A DNA stretch of 64,000 bases from Camelus ferus (taxonomy: Eukaryota): assembly GCF_009834535.1 (NCBI RefSeq), contig NC_045696.1:52578001-52642000 (forward strand), in the 5' to 3' direction. Positions 1 to 13,119 of the stretch are shown piece by piece. Below the pieces are notes generated by a model. The model did no database searches. It was not told the origin of the DNA and was given only the letters and a program-made list of their open reading frames with translations. The position numbers were made by a program, and so were the translations under genes. The first letter of the stretch is position 1. Every line of letters begins with the position of its first letter.

Positions 1-479
1 ATATGGGACATATGGTATGATAAGAAATGAATGAGTTTTAAAAAGCAAATGTACCTTAGAAAACCTGTTATTTAATATAGGTAAATTATGTAAACTGGTT
101 GGAAAACATGAAACAATGGTTGTACTTTCACATCAACCACACCATGTGGGATTTTTTTTTGAAAACAGAAAACTTTTTACAGTATCTTAAATTTTAAACA
201 GTACATAATGAGAATACAAAACATTATTCTGTCTTTCTCCTGCCAAAAGTCAGAATTTATAATGCACACTCATTTCCTTAATCCTTATAAAGAGCATCAT
301 GCAATATTTTTAATGGAATTTCTATTTGTTGAGAAATCCTTTGTGTATATTTGAATGCACCAAAACCATTTACATTAGTTACACTTGGCAGAAACTAGAG
401 GAAAGGGTGATGTAAAAGCTCCTTAGAAAAGGTCAGACAAAGCATGTTGTGTGCTTGTTCTTGCTCTAGCTTTCTTTAG

Positions 480-576
480 TGTGCCTACCCTTTAGTTGCA
501 CAAGAACTGTCTCTACCGTGGCAGTGTATGACTTTTGTTCCGTAAAATGCGAGTGATTTTCATTGCCTCTGAGAGA
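480..576 (+). other. Candidate non-coding or poison exon (alternative acceptor gives start 496)
   Basis: Pyrimidine tract 'cttgttcttgctctagctttctttag' (AG 478-479), second AG at 494-495, strong donor GA|gtaagt at 577. Stop codons in all three frames. Confidence 0.3.
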
Positions 577-3307
577 GTAAGTTTTGATTCAGCCATTACT
601 GATTTGAGTTATCCAATTCAATTATGTTTAATTGGGCCCTCCCCACTGATGAGTTAATTGCAGAATTACACCATCAATATATGCCAGACATTATAGCAAA
701 TGTTTTTTAAAATTGTTACACTAGTATGATAATTAAGAATGGATAATCATTCAACTAATTTTAGGGTAATTCTATTGTTTGGATAATTTTAGTGTTTATC
801 CTTCTGTATAAAAGATCTTCCATTCACCTGCTTTTAGGTTTCTGGATGGATTTAATTGAGAAATACTCTAAAATTTTAAAAAAGCAATCTTTAAAAAATT
901 TTTTTAAACTATTGTTCTTTGTTGCTTTTAGCCTTGTGAGTCATATTTTTTTTCTACTATTTCATACTAAAATAAAATCTGGATGTGAAATATATTGTTG
1001 AGACTAGGATTTTATAATTACTAATTAAAATTCTTTTGTAGTCATAAAAGCCTTGTTCTCAATGGAATTTATAAGTTGTTCCAAATATGTTATGAAATAA
1101 TTTCACTTTAATAATAGATGTTTATCAATTTTATTGAAGGTATTTGTATAAATTTTATTTTGAAAAGTTCCCACTGTTCTCAAAACCTTCTGAAAATTAT
1201 TGATCTACATTAAAATTTAGATAAACATTTTTAAAAATTATTTGCATTGTAACACTCTGGGCTTTGGATCAAATTATTTATATTTTAGTAAAAATAGTTA
1301 ATTCTGACATTACATTTATAACCTATTAATTTAAACTTATGGATTTAGGTTTATATTAATAATGTCTATGAAAATATGTTTGCTAAACATTTTGCTAAAG
1401 ATGACAGTATTACAGAACATAAAATATTTTCAAGACCTTTGCTATTGTCTGTTGGCATACAAATAGAAAATGTTTTTAGAAGTAATTCTCACCTGTTCAT
1501 TAAAACAGTTCCAGGAATCTGATAGTTAGACTTTATAAAGAAACAAATCAGATTAAGGAACACCAGAGTGATAAAATCAGAATTTCTATGTTGTTAGATA
1601 AATTATTGGTCAGATAATCCAAACACTCATTTGGTGATTGAGCACCTATTATGGTAGGTACAGGACTCTTTGTGCAATATAAATAATTATAAGAAGTGGT
1701 CTCTGCTCTCAATGAGCTTAAATGTGGGAAGCAAGGTATAAACATGTGAGATTTAACTAAAAATATTTAATTCAATTGAAGAGATTACTAAAAACAATGG
1801 CTCAAGAGAGTATATTACCAACTGCCAAAATAATTCATTAAACAATCTGTTGTTTTCAGAGGAAGCTACCTAACCTATCCCAGATTGTTATATGGAAGAG
1901 AGTCCCATGTACATTCTTTAAAACTTGCAGAGCATCCATTTTAATAATTAAACATAGCTTTCTCTTAATTTAGGTGTTTTGGTGACATTTTTTACATAGG
2001 GCATTCCTTGAAATTCAATACAAATTCAGTATTTTAAATCAAAATCTATACATTAAGGATAATAGATTCTCAGATGCAAGGTCTCTTTTGGTTAATGTGG
2101 CAAGAAGAAAATATGGAAATAGGAAAATATGACTAATATAGAAGTGGGCAAAAAAGGAGACTTCAGTTGGAATTTTCTAGTATTTGTGGATAACAGATTG
2201 AGTCTAAGTTTTTTAGAGCTATATTGTAACAAGCAATTGGCAATAAGGTTAAGAAATGATAATGGTATTTGTGGTGAAGTGGGGAGGATATTGGTTCCTT
2301 TGATCAAGGATTTTGAGCTCTGAATCTTCCATCTCCTTGCTCTCTTTTTCTAATTAATTAAAATGAAACAGCCTCTTCTTCCCTTTTTCTCCTTCCCTTT
2401 TCCCATTCACTCTGCCAAAAAAAAAAGTTCTCTGTTTCTTGGGGTAAGTTCCTGTTGCCACTACTTTCTACTGTGTTAATTTATCTCCAAAGAATTTGAC
2501 ACTAGGACTCCAGGTCTTTCTCCCTTTTATCTCTCTTTGGATATCACTGTCTTGTGTAGTCTTCTGCGGTATATGTTCTATTGTAATGAGCATGACATGA
2601 CTATTTTACTTCAGTGCAAGGGAATCTGAGGGTTGAAAGTATATTTGAATCAAAAAAGTTATAGTTATGCTTTACCCAATTACTAAGTCTATCTTCTGAG
2701 TTTTGTAAGCTAAATATCCAGTCATTACCATGTCCTCCTCTCTATTTTGTTCAATAAATAACTCCATTGTGAATCCACTTCTACCCCACACTTCCAACAT
2801 TTCAGCTCTCTGTATTAAGAAATTTAAGAAATTATCCTTCAAAATACACACAGTACTATATAATCTTAGATATGTAAAGGAGAGTTTGTCTCATCCATGT
2901 CTTTGATGAAAAAATTCAGACTCAGAGAGATAATGATCACAAAGAAAATGGCACTACAGAGATTCGGCAAAAGTCATCTGGCTCCAAATTTAATTCTCAT
3001 ACTTACCACTCTTTTGCCAACAGTAGACTAGAATTTCCCCTTCCCTATAGTATTAAATTGTACGAACTCCAATAATCATTATAGAAGAACTTCACTATTC
3101 TAGCCTGTAGTAAGATTGATTTAAACAATGTATTTTTTTTTTTAATCAGGTAATACAAAATTAAAACCAGATGTGCCTAGCCATGCTGTAATCATTAAAA
3201 ATAAATTTTCTTTGTCTCATGGTAGGTTATTCTGAAATTAGACCTCAAAACTTCTGAATTATTAATGGCCAAAAGCAGAGATAAAAAAAGTTACTCTAAA
3301 ATTTCCA

Positions 3308-3599
3308 GACTCATAGACTCACAGATATAGAAGACAAACTATAGTTACCAAAGGGGAAAGCAGAGGGGAGGGTTAAATTAGGAGTTTGGGATTAACATAT
3401 ACACACTACTATACATAAAATATATAAACAGCAAGGACCTACTATATAGCACAGGGAATTATTTTCAATATCTTATAATAGCCTATAATGAAAAAGAATC
3501 TGAAAAAGAATATATATATGTATATGTATAACTAAATCACTTTGCTCTACACTTGAAACTAACACAACATTGTAAATCAACTCTACTTCAGTTAAAAAA
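3308..3599 (+). mobile_element. 5'-truncated L1 3' UTR (cetartiodactyl/camelid type)
   Basis: Diagnostic 3' end 'gactcacagatatagaagacaaact...aaggacctactatatagcacagggaatt...aacacaacattgtaaatcaactctacttca' followed by an A run. Homologous to the copy at 31266-31520. Confidence 0.9.
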
Positions 3600-3909
3600 G
3601 ATGGCAAGTATATAAACAAAATGCATCATAGTGTAACAGATATTGTTATGGAAATATGTAAAGAGTTCAGTGGAGTCACATAGGAAATAGAATAATTAAT
3701 CAAACCAGGGATTAAAGAAAGTTTTTATCACGGAAAAAATTTTAAATAAATAAAATAAAATAAAATTTTCATACACTTGCCTCCTTTGATTCTGGGATGG
3801 AGGCAGGAATTTGGTTAACACAAACATATACTTGTTTGGTAGACATCAATAGGACATACATGATTGTTTAGGAAAAATACTTACCTTTCCTTTTCTTCCT
3901 TTTCTGTAG

Positions 3910-3997
3910 CTTCCATTTCCCACCAGCTCTTGCACTTGCCTGCCATTTCCTGAACGCCAGTGTGACTAATGAGTGCCAGAGGCAGCAGATAGGGAAG
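3910..3997 (+). other. Candidate 88-nt internal exon
   Basis: Long pyrimidine tract 'ctttccttttcttccttttctgtag' (AG 3908-3909) and consensus donor AAG|gtgagt at 3998. One open frame (FHFPPALALACHFLNASVTNECQRQQIGK), not recognised. Confidence 0.4.
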
Positions 3998-4552
3998 GTG
4001 AGTGTTCTCTGTCTGCACTCTTATATGAGCCAGTAGGATTTCTTGTTCTTTCCCATAACATTCCATTCAGTTGATCACTAAACAGTCAGATAAAATGTGA
4101 GAGGCATTTGGTACTTGTTAATACAAGGATGTGGATCAGAGATTATACAAGAGTCAGCTGGAAGCCTGGTTGAATTTACTTGCTAATTTCACTTAAACCT
4201 CAGTCAGGAACGTACTGTTGAGCCCCACCTATGATGCAGTGCATCCATAGTCTACCTCCTCAATTTTGCCCAAGACCTGGCTATTGAAACTTTATTAGAG
4301 TGGATGCAATTTTATAGTAGATCTCCTAACTGTAACCTCAAAATCAACTTCATTATGCTATAGGTCATATTAAATTGCTATAAGATTCATAAAGGAATCC
4401 ATCATTCCAAATGTGTGGTCATGTACTCAGTGAAACAGTCAGCTCCCAATTATTCAGGGAATCATTTTCAAGTCAGAGGATCAGTAAGGTCTCTGTTCTT
4501 CTTTTCCTTCCTATAGTAGCTGTCCTTTTGGTCATTTTGCTGCTCATTAGAA

Positions 4553-4571
4553 CCTGCAGTAGGGGGCCAGA
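4553..4571 (+). promoter_or_regulatory. CTCF-like motif
   Basis: 'cctgcagtagggggccaga' resembles the CTCF core CCASYAGRKGGCR with two deviations. Motif match only. Confidence 0.3.
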
Positions 4572-4819
4572 GAAAAAGAAGTAAAAATCAATTCTGTCTT
4601 TTTTGTGGTACTTGTGACAATGCAGAAGATGTGGAAGCTACTGATTATAATGAGGCCTGTGGATTATCTGCACATGTTATTGAGGTTCATTTTATAGCTG
4701 TGGGAAACTGGGAATTGCCTATGTTGAAAAAAATTTTCATGTATGCAGCCACCTATATTTGTCATCTTGATTGTTATTTTTTAATAATAAAAGTAGTAGT
4801 AATAAAAACCTAAATATCA

Positions 4820-6350
4820 TATGAAATAAAAACAAATTCTCTATCCCTGTCTGCTGCAGCCCCACTCCCAAGAAGTAACCCATTTTGGACAATTTTATTT
4901 TTAGATCTCCTATTGATGAGCTCCATTACTCTAAATAGTATATCTCTACTGTTATTTAACAAGTCTAAATAGTTATCTCCTACCTATCAACTCTGTGTGT
5001 GTCTGTAAGCATTTGCTGCATTGCCTTTTGGTATCCAATGATATTGAGTAGATATTCGATGGCAATTTGTTTATTATCCTTTTGTTAGTAACACCCTCCC
5101 CTCTTTTTTTCTTGAAAGCTTTTAGGATTTTTTTCCCCCTGTATCTTGAAGTTTGAATTTTTCTTTCACCCTGCTTGGCATTCTACCAGCCCTAAATCTG
5201 AAAACATGGATACAACTTCAGCTGTAAACAATATTATTTAAAACTTATTATTTAAAAACTTATTCCTCCCTTACACTTTCTCTGCTGCTTCTTTGTAGAA
5301 CAGGTATTAGATATGCATTGGGTATCCTGCAATGATTTTCTAACCTTCAACTTTTCTATTAAATTTTTTATCCTTTTATATGTTGATTTACATTCTGGGA
5401 AATTTCTTCAACTATTTATTACAGCCTTTTTTCTGATTTAAACAAAATTTGTTAATCGCATTCTAAATTTCTAAAAACTCTTTCTTATACTCAGACTTCT
5501 TTGTTTTGGTATAGCAGGCTATTTTTTATTTTTTGGAATCAGTATTTTCTTAAATACTTCTGAACATATACAATAAAATAGTTTCAAGTTCTGAATTATT
5601 CTTGCTTATTTTGAGGTCAGTGGTTTTATTTTCCTCCTCTTTTTATTCTTTATCTGCTACTGGTTTTCCTCAAATTCTGAATTAAATCAATTCTAAGATG
5701 CTTACTCTTTTTTTCGGATTTTCTTAGCTCTGAAATCGGGATGCAACTTAGAATCAATAGAATGTCACAATTTAACTAGCGATGCTTTTTTTTTTTCTTT
5801 TGCAGTATATAAAATAATGTGTTCTACAATTAACACCATCTTAGTTGAAAGGAAATAAGTAATTTGGCCATCTGTAGTTGGTTGTTAATATTTGTAAGGG
5901 TTAGGTCAGCTGGCATGGTTTTCTTATACAGTTATTTAGGCTTATTATCTCTAAGTGCATTTGTATTCTAGGCAGTTGTGTAAGTTTTTCAGTTGGTAGG
6001 TTTCATTTTAGGCTGCATAAGCGGGACAGGCAGACAGGTGTGTGTGCCCTGCCTCCCTTACCTAGTACCAAATTGAAGAGAGCTTTACTCCAGGGTGTGG
6101 CACTCACCTATATGAGCCTGGTTTTTCCCAGGAAGATCACTTAATTTTTTAATGTAATTTTGAGCCTGAGGATAAATGCTTCTACCATATTCAGGGACAA
6201 GGGTTGGAAATTAGGTGTTAATTTTCAACACTATTCTCTAGAGAGATTATCATCTGGATTTTTGCCTTTTTTCACATCCTTAATCTAACTGTCCTTAGAG
6301 GTTCTGAATTCTACTAGATCCACCTGGGTGGCAGTGTTTTCTTGCTAGTG
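4820..6350 (-). mobile_element. Degraded old L1M (L1ME/L1MD-like) fragments, interrupted by MER104
   Basis: T-rich plus strand with L1M-like segments ('ccccactcccaagaagtaacc', 'ctgggaaatttcttcaact'). Boundaries approximate. Confidence 0.5.
5678..5859. mobile_element. MER104-like TcMar-Tc2 DNA transposon
   Basis: 'ttctaagatgc...tctgaaatcgggatgcaacttagaatcaat...atataaaataatgtgttctacaatt...catcttagttgaaaggaaataag' matches MER104 as recalled, with degenerate inverted ends. Confidence 0.75.
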
Positions 6351-6433
6351 TTTTCACTCTGGTTTCCACCACTTCGACTTGTCTATCAGTATGATCAAGT
6401 TGACTGCTGCTGCTTCTTCATTTAGGTCTAGAT

Positions 6434-6590
6434 CAGTGGTTCTTACCCTGGTCTGCATGTTGCAATCACCTGGGGAGCTTGGTAGACCACAGATCCCTAG
6501 ATCCCACTCCCAGACATTCTGAGTTTGGGGTGTGGCCTCACTAAATCTAAGAAGCAACCAAAATTGAAAGCTGTTGGCCCAGAGCAACTC
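6434..6590. mobile_element. MER5-family hAT-Charlie transposon
   Basis: 'cagtggttctt...gcatgttgcaatcacctggggagctt...cccactcccagacattctga'. Confidence 0.7.
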
Positions 6591-6613
6591 TGAAATCTAA
6601 AATGTCAAAGGGG

Positions 6614-6870
6614 AGGCAGCATAAAGTATTGATTAGCAGTAGAACTTCTGTAGCCAAATTGCCTGGATTTAAGTTCCAGCTCTACCACTTAGTATGTGTC
6701 TGATCACAGGCAAGTAAATTTCTCTGTGACTCAGATTTCCACATCTGCATATTGGGGGCTATAACCATAATAATGTTCCTTAAGGTTATTATATGGATTC
6801 AATAAATTAATATTAAACAATGCTTAGATCATAGTATTACATGAATATAAAATAATAAATATGCAAGCTA
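6614..6870 (+). mobile_element. MIR SINE
   Basis: Core 'tgcctggatttaagttccagctctaccactt...ggcaagtaaatttctctgtgactcagatttccacatctg'. Confidence 0.8.
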
Positions 6871-6899
6871 CTGAACATTAATCTTCCTATGTCTTAAAT

Positions 6900-8400
6900 T
6901 CTTAGCTTCTCACTCTCCAACACTTTGAACACTGCCTTTTCTGAATCTGTCATTCACTCATAGTTTTGTTTACTTCTAGAAGTCTGTATAGGAGACTCCA
7001 TTGTTCATCACTTAGTCCCTCTCTTGCAGAGTTCTTGACTTTGTAGCCCTGTTGTCTTTTTGATGAAGCAAACCACCCATTGAGTCATCCTTCAATTTTC
7101 CTTCTCTACACCTCACTTGGACTACTGAATGCTGTTGAGAAAAATGGTGTCATTACAAATTCATGGGCTGATACTCTTCTCAGGTTCTTGGCACCATCTG
7201 ATTTTTTTGTTCATATATCACTGATGGACTCTTCTGTTCCTCACACAGTGATTCCTCCAGACTTGCTCTCTACACAAACTATTTATTGGTTCTTTTCTCC
7301 ATCTCAGTGAACAGCTTTGCCTCCTGCTTCATCAAAAAGTTAGAGGCTATCAATTGCAGTCTTCTTCACCTTTCTACAAATGGATCAATTAGTGTACTCA
7401 GCTTACTTCTTTTCCTTCAGATCTCAAGGAAATAATATACCTTGGGCTCAAAGAGAATTCACACATCTGTGTTCCTGGTCATTCTAATTCTCTCTCTCTG
7501 TCCCTCTCACTCTCTGCATCTCTCTCTTCTGGGTTTCAATGTCATACACAACATCATACACAAGCTACTTTAAAGAATATTGTACACTTACCTTCTTTCC
7601 TGTCTCAATTCCTCTTACTCTCATCCTAATAAAATTAAATGTCAGGCCTCCACACTTTAAAAAAAACTTCTCTGGTGACCTCACTGCCAAATCTGATGAA
7701 CTGTTTTCAGTCCTCATCCTGTTGGGTTTCTTATAGCAGTAGACATGATGTATACTTCTCTCTTTAAAGAAACATCTCCTTTGGCTTCTGAAATATTGTT
7801 CCTTCCTGTTCTTTTTCTTTGATAATCTTTTATAGTCTTTATATGGGCATCTTTTCTTTTGTCCACTCAGTTAGTATTGGTGTGTCACAGATAGCTTTAT
7901 AATTCTGGACGTTTCCTCCACTACTTTATTCTGATACTGCTACTGTATAAGCTGTGGCTCAAAAATCTTTATCTGCAGCCTGAAGCTTACCCCCAGTCTC
8001 TGCTTCTTTAGAGACAGCTGTCTAAGAGAACTTTTCCATCTGGATGGCCTAAGGAAACTCTAAAATTGAGCTCATTTTCTTTTCCCTAATCTTGTTTTCC
8101 TTCAAATTTTACTAATCTTAGGAATTAGTGACTAACTGATTTAGTGAATGTCCAACACAGAAATCTAGGAATCACTCTTGACATCACCCTCACTTTTACT
8201 TCACAGTCGAGATGAGTTTTTATACCTGGTTGTTTCTACATTTATAAATGCTTTCATCTGCCCCTCCCCCCATTATCTACCTCCACTACTATTGTATTAA
8301 CTCAGAATCTGATCTTTTATTGGCCAAGTTTACTATAATTGTTTCTTAACTGGTTTTCCTACATTCAACTTACTTCTTCCAATCCATCCTTCACAAGGAA
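6900..8400 (+). mobile_element. L2 LINE, degraded ORF2 (RT) region
   Basis: ORF 7539-7736 ends '...DLTAKSDELFSVLILLG', resembling the L2 RT segment 'SVLILLDLSAAFD'. Downstream are L2-typical 'tccatctggatggcctaagg', 'aaatctaggaatcactcttgac' and 'ccaatccatccttcaca'. Confidence 0.75.
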
Positions 8401-8769
8401 TTTTTCCCAAAACTCATGTGGAAGAAAATGAATGTCTGTTTTAAAATGAAGATTAAACCTGTTTTGTCTTATTCTTTACACCATTATAAGAGTGATTTGA
8501 CTCATTCTGTGGGAGAGGGTGAGACCATTTTACCTCCCAGGGAACAGAGATGAAGCAATTATATTTTTGAAGCTATAGTCCATCTTGCACTGAGGAAAAG
8601 AGAAGCCAGCTTTCCTCATGCTAATAGTTTGAACTGTTGAACTACAGTTTAAATGGGTCACTAAGGTTGCTCTTTTGACAAAAGAAAGTAATTTAATTTT
8701 CAAGAGAATAGAGATCTTTTTCTGTGTGTGTCTTTTTTGTTTTATTTTGTTTTTCTAGTGAGTAGAACA

Positions 8770-8954
8770 AAGGTTCTCAAGGTTCCCTGGACTAAAAGCG
8801 TAATTATCACCTGGGAACTTGTCAGAAGCACAAATTCTTGGCTTCTACCCCAGATCTACTAAATTAGAAATTCTGGCCATGGAATGCTGCTAATATGTGT
8901 TTTAAAAAGCTCTCCAGGGAATTCTGCTGCAAGCTAAGGTCTGAGAAACACTGG
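8770..8954. mobile_element. MER5A hAT-Charlie transposon
   Basis: 'ggttctcaag...atcacctgggaacttgtcagaagcacaaattct...ccccagatctact...ctccagggaattctg...tctgagaaacactg'. Confidence 0.85.
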
Positions 8955-10181
8955 CCTAGGATGAGGTCTGCCACATAGTGGGTGTTGAAAAATCATTCGT
9001 TGAGGAAAAGGATAAATATTGGTATAAAGAGATAAAAGGGCTTTGAGGTTGCTAGGTTGTTTTAAGGGCACTGTGGAAGCTTCTGGAAACCTTGTTGAGT
9101 CAGAATTCTCTCTAAATAATCATTGTCTTCCTGTGAGAAGGACTTTCAGGTTGCTGACATCTTGGACCTGAGTCCTTCAATGGCCTGGTCTTTCAAAAAG
9201 TAGACCCATCTCTTCATCTGCACCAAGAACTTTTCTTTCAAGCTGAAACTCCAAGAGCAGCCCCTGAACACCAGTCAAGGAAGCTGCAAGAAGCTTTGGT
9301 TTGGGGATGGCTGTCAGTTAAGTCTCAGCTGGGTTAGTAAGGGCAAAATACTGCCATTACACGTGTGCACCATTTGTGATAGTGTTAACATGTGAGTCTG
9401 ATTGCAACTTAGATCACATCACAGGCATCACAGCACACATACACCCACGCACGTCACTTTGCCTTAATTCTAGATGGGACTCAGTCACCAACACAGTGGT
9501 TCAGTGAGACAAAAAGAAGAAACTCTTCCTGACTGCTTGGAATGGTAGGGCAACCTGCAATCCCCGGTTAAGACTAGAAAATAACAGGCCTTACAAGAGC
9601 TGAATTAGCATCTGTATAGACGTAAGTTTCTCATGGCTAATATACCAGCAGAGCAATGATTCTAACACGGTCTTTGTAAGGTGCTCTGTCTGTTGACCCT
9701 AATTAGTTTCCCTAGAAGGGTCATGAAATATGATCCACAAATCCATCCTTCTTAATCCAGCTATCTTTAAAAAAGGTAAACCTATTTCTAAAGGGAGAGC
9801 CCTGGACAGCACAGTAAATATGGTCAGGAAAAGATTCCAATTTGCCATTAGGAATAATCGCCCTTTACCACTCTTATGGAAAGTTTTCCTCTTGTTTCTG
9901 AAAGAAATAATCGTTAAAAGTTGAGGTTTGGGGGAAGTGCTTTTCTAGTGCTAGTGAGGAAGTATAGAAACCTTAAGCAGGGAACATCCCTATGATGCTT
10001 CAAGAATAACAGGCACGTGAGCCGATGTCTCAGAGCCTCCCGCCCCACCTTGTGTTGAGGTCATCAACATCTCCAAACTGATTAACACTTCCATCTTTGT
10101 TCTTAATGCCTAAGCATTATTGAGCAAGTCTTTGGACAAGATGAGAATGGGAGAGCTGGGCAAGTCACTCTCCTGAAGGCC

Positions 10182-10895
10182 TGTCAGGTTAATAAAAGAG
10201 GTTCTGCATATGCCCTGAACCTGGAGGCCTGGTTCAGAGAACACTGCTAAGGGAACCCTCAACATAGGAGGTGGTTAATTAGGTCCACCTGAGATTGGTG
10301 TGGGCTCTATCTGTGTGAAGTTCTGCAAGAGGACTGTGTCAAGTTCTCAGTGAACTTTACATTTTGAACTCAGCTTCCTTAAAAACTGAACACTCTCCCC
10401 AAATTTGGTAAGCATTGGTCAGGATGGGCAGTGGGGGTGTGGCAGTGGGCAAGGGAGAAGAAAGTGTGGCTACTTCCTATGGAAAGTTTTGCCCCACCCA
10501 CCTATCCACAGGAGCTGGTGTGGAAGAAAGCAGCAGTAGCTGAAATCCTCAAATGTAGCTCCCTGGGCTTCCCGGGACTCAGCTGCTGAAGTGCTTGGCC
10601 ACAGGCTCTCAGACAGCGGCTGAAGGAAGTGAACCCCAACATCCCACCAAGAGGGAGCTCAGCCTGTTCTCACTAGTGTGGTCCAGAACACCCACCGTGG
10701 GGCTGAAGTAAGGACGGCACTCTAGGCCCAATATCTCAGAGGGAGGAGAGGGTACGGGGACAGAGCCCTGACCAACAGCTCCAGAAATCCAGGTTAGGCT
10801 GTCTTTGGAACTTAAATTTCTCCCAGGACTGCAGGGGCCTGTGCGTGGAGGTGGCCAGGCAGGGAGAGGGAAGTAAGCTTTCTTAGTGGGTCACA
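10182..10895. mobile_element. Possible ancient LTR (family unassigned)
   Basis: GC-richer block bounded by TG ('tgtcaggtt') and CA ('gggtcaca'). No TSD seen and no confident family match. Confidence 0.25.
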
Positions 10896-11869
10896 AGAGA
10901 CCATTGTATCCAAATTGTTCCATCAAAAACATTTGTATCCTGAAGGATAACCTTACCAAGGCCAGAATTAGGTGACTTACAGGGCCAGAGTTTTTTGAAA
11001 TGAGAGTGGTGGGTGGTCAGTGGTTGGAGTCACTAAGTTGTAGCCAGAACTTGAAAGCCAGCAGGGAGTCTCATTATGAACTGGAACCAAGCGTAACCTG
11101 TTTAGAATGCTAGACCTATGCTCTTAGAAGCATGCAGACTTGAAGGCCTTCCACGTTTTTCTGTCTTTAGATGAAAACATCTGTGTTTAGATGCTTACAG
11201 AGTATCGAAAGCACACGCTAATGACACCTTACTCTTTTCTAAGGATTGAACCTCCCAGACTCCTCAAGTTAAGCTCCAAGAGCTTTGATTTCAGGGACTT
11301 CCCAGTACCTAAGGAGTGGAAAGAAATGGAGAAAGGAACTTTAAGCCAAGAGTAATGTTTTCTCTCATCATGATTGAAATGTGGAATGTGTCCAGGGTGA
11401 GAACACAAATAGAACTGAATGACCCTGACCATTTGAAAAAGGTCCGGAAATATCTCATTGTATGAAGTTAAGGATTTGAGAGTGAATTAATAAAAGAGTT
11501 GCCAAATAGAGGCCTAACCTTTGAATCTATGCAATCCTTTTGTGTCCCCCACCATGACAGTGAGTAAGAAAGCAGTTCTGAGGCACTGATCCTGTGACTC
11601 TCTACTCACAAAGTGCTCAGGCATGAAGTCCAAAACGATGTACAGTTTATAAGACCTTCTAAAGTCTAAATTCTAACGGTCTCTGCAGCCTTAGGTCTTA
11701 TCACATTTGTAGTTCCCCAAACAGTGCCCAGCCCGTGGTGATCACTCAGTGCAAAGGTATGTAAGATAAAGTCTTCTGTCTGGATAATGCTTCATCTCTG
11801 AAGAGCCATCCAGGGTTCTGAAGCCTTTGTCACTCTCCCCTTTCCCCAGATATAACAGTTACTATTGTA

Positions 11870-12012
11870 TATGTCCTTCTATAATAGCATCCATGAGACT
11901 GTGAGCTCCTCATGCAAAAATGGTATCATTCTACTCTGTGTTCCTAGAACTTAGCATAGTCCCAGGTATTCAGGACACACACAAAAATATTGAATGCATG
12001 AGTGAATGAATG
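11870..12012 (+). mobile_element. L2 3' end
   Basis: 'gactgtgagctcctc...cctagaacttagcatagt...aaatattgaatgcatgagtgaatgaatga'. Confidence 0.7.
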
Positions 12013-13119
12013 ATAAACAAGGAGCTGAAGCACAAGGTTGCATAGTGTCTTAACCAATGCCAGTTTGTAGAACCACAACCAGGACCAAAGTTAAATATAA
12101 AAATTTTAGCCCCAGCTCTCTTGAGAACCCCACAAACTCTATGTTACACGAATCATTTTTTGCTTTGTTTTGCATTGAATATCTATAGCTATATATAAAG
12201 TGAACGCCTGGTGAGTGGGCGGATGGTGGTGTTCACTCTTATTTAGTGAAATGTGAATATGTCAGAATTACAGAAAATAGAAAGAAAATGGTTTATGCAA
12301 AGCTGTCAGTTCTCATGCCTGTTTTTTTTTTTTTAAATCTGAGATGGTGCCGAGATGGTTCAAACTTAATATTCACATCCATTTTATCACATCAAATATG
12401 ATCATTAGCAAACAGTGTTTGATGGTAACTATTTCCTGACTGACAATAGCCATCCGGTGGTACCCACTTTCCCATATGCCTGGGGCTGATACAATTCAGA
12501 TAGTGTGGAAAATAGTGGGAGGAAGGAAGTAATTAAAAAAGAAGGGGAAGCTGGGGGCAGGGGAGAGATACCAATTTTATCTCACACAAGAATATCCCTG
12601 TACCTATTCTCTGGAAAGTTATGGGTAGGGACAGGAATACTATTTTTAAACCTGTTTCATATCCTGAAGTTGGCATGCAGTCTTGCCCATAGGATGAGTG
12701 TCAGGATACCCTGAGGGTGGGCACCAGTGTTTAAAATATGCTCAGCTGTAGCCTCAGAAAACAAGAAGAAATTATCTCTAGAGTACTGTGGATGTGGAGT
12801 AAGCTGGAAAAGTAGACAGTGATGAAATTATAAGCTCAGTGTCCCAAGCAATATTTTGTAACCAGTTACTTACCCACCCCCTCCCCACCTTAAGCAACAC
12901 TTTACTGCCGCCAGCAATACCTTTGCCATGTGGAGCAGAAGGTAGGGTGGGGGCTACGTGGCGGGAGGGAAGCCTGGCTGGCAGGGTTTCTAAGCACCGC
13001 AAAGGCTTCTGAGGCAGCAGCATCACCCAGAAAGACAGGAGAGTGTTCAGCAATAATTTGTGAACATTGAGGATCCAAAGGGAGGCGGCTTTAACTGCAC
13101 TCTTAATTTCAGGGCTAGC

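Noticed and set aside
519..540. Bona fide miR-449 or miR-34 gene
   Set aside because: Only the first 11 nt match miR-449a, the remainder diverges, and no clustered paralogous hairpins are nearby.
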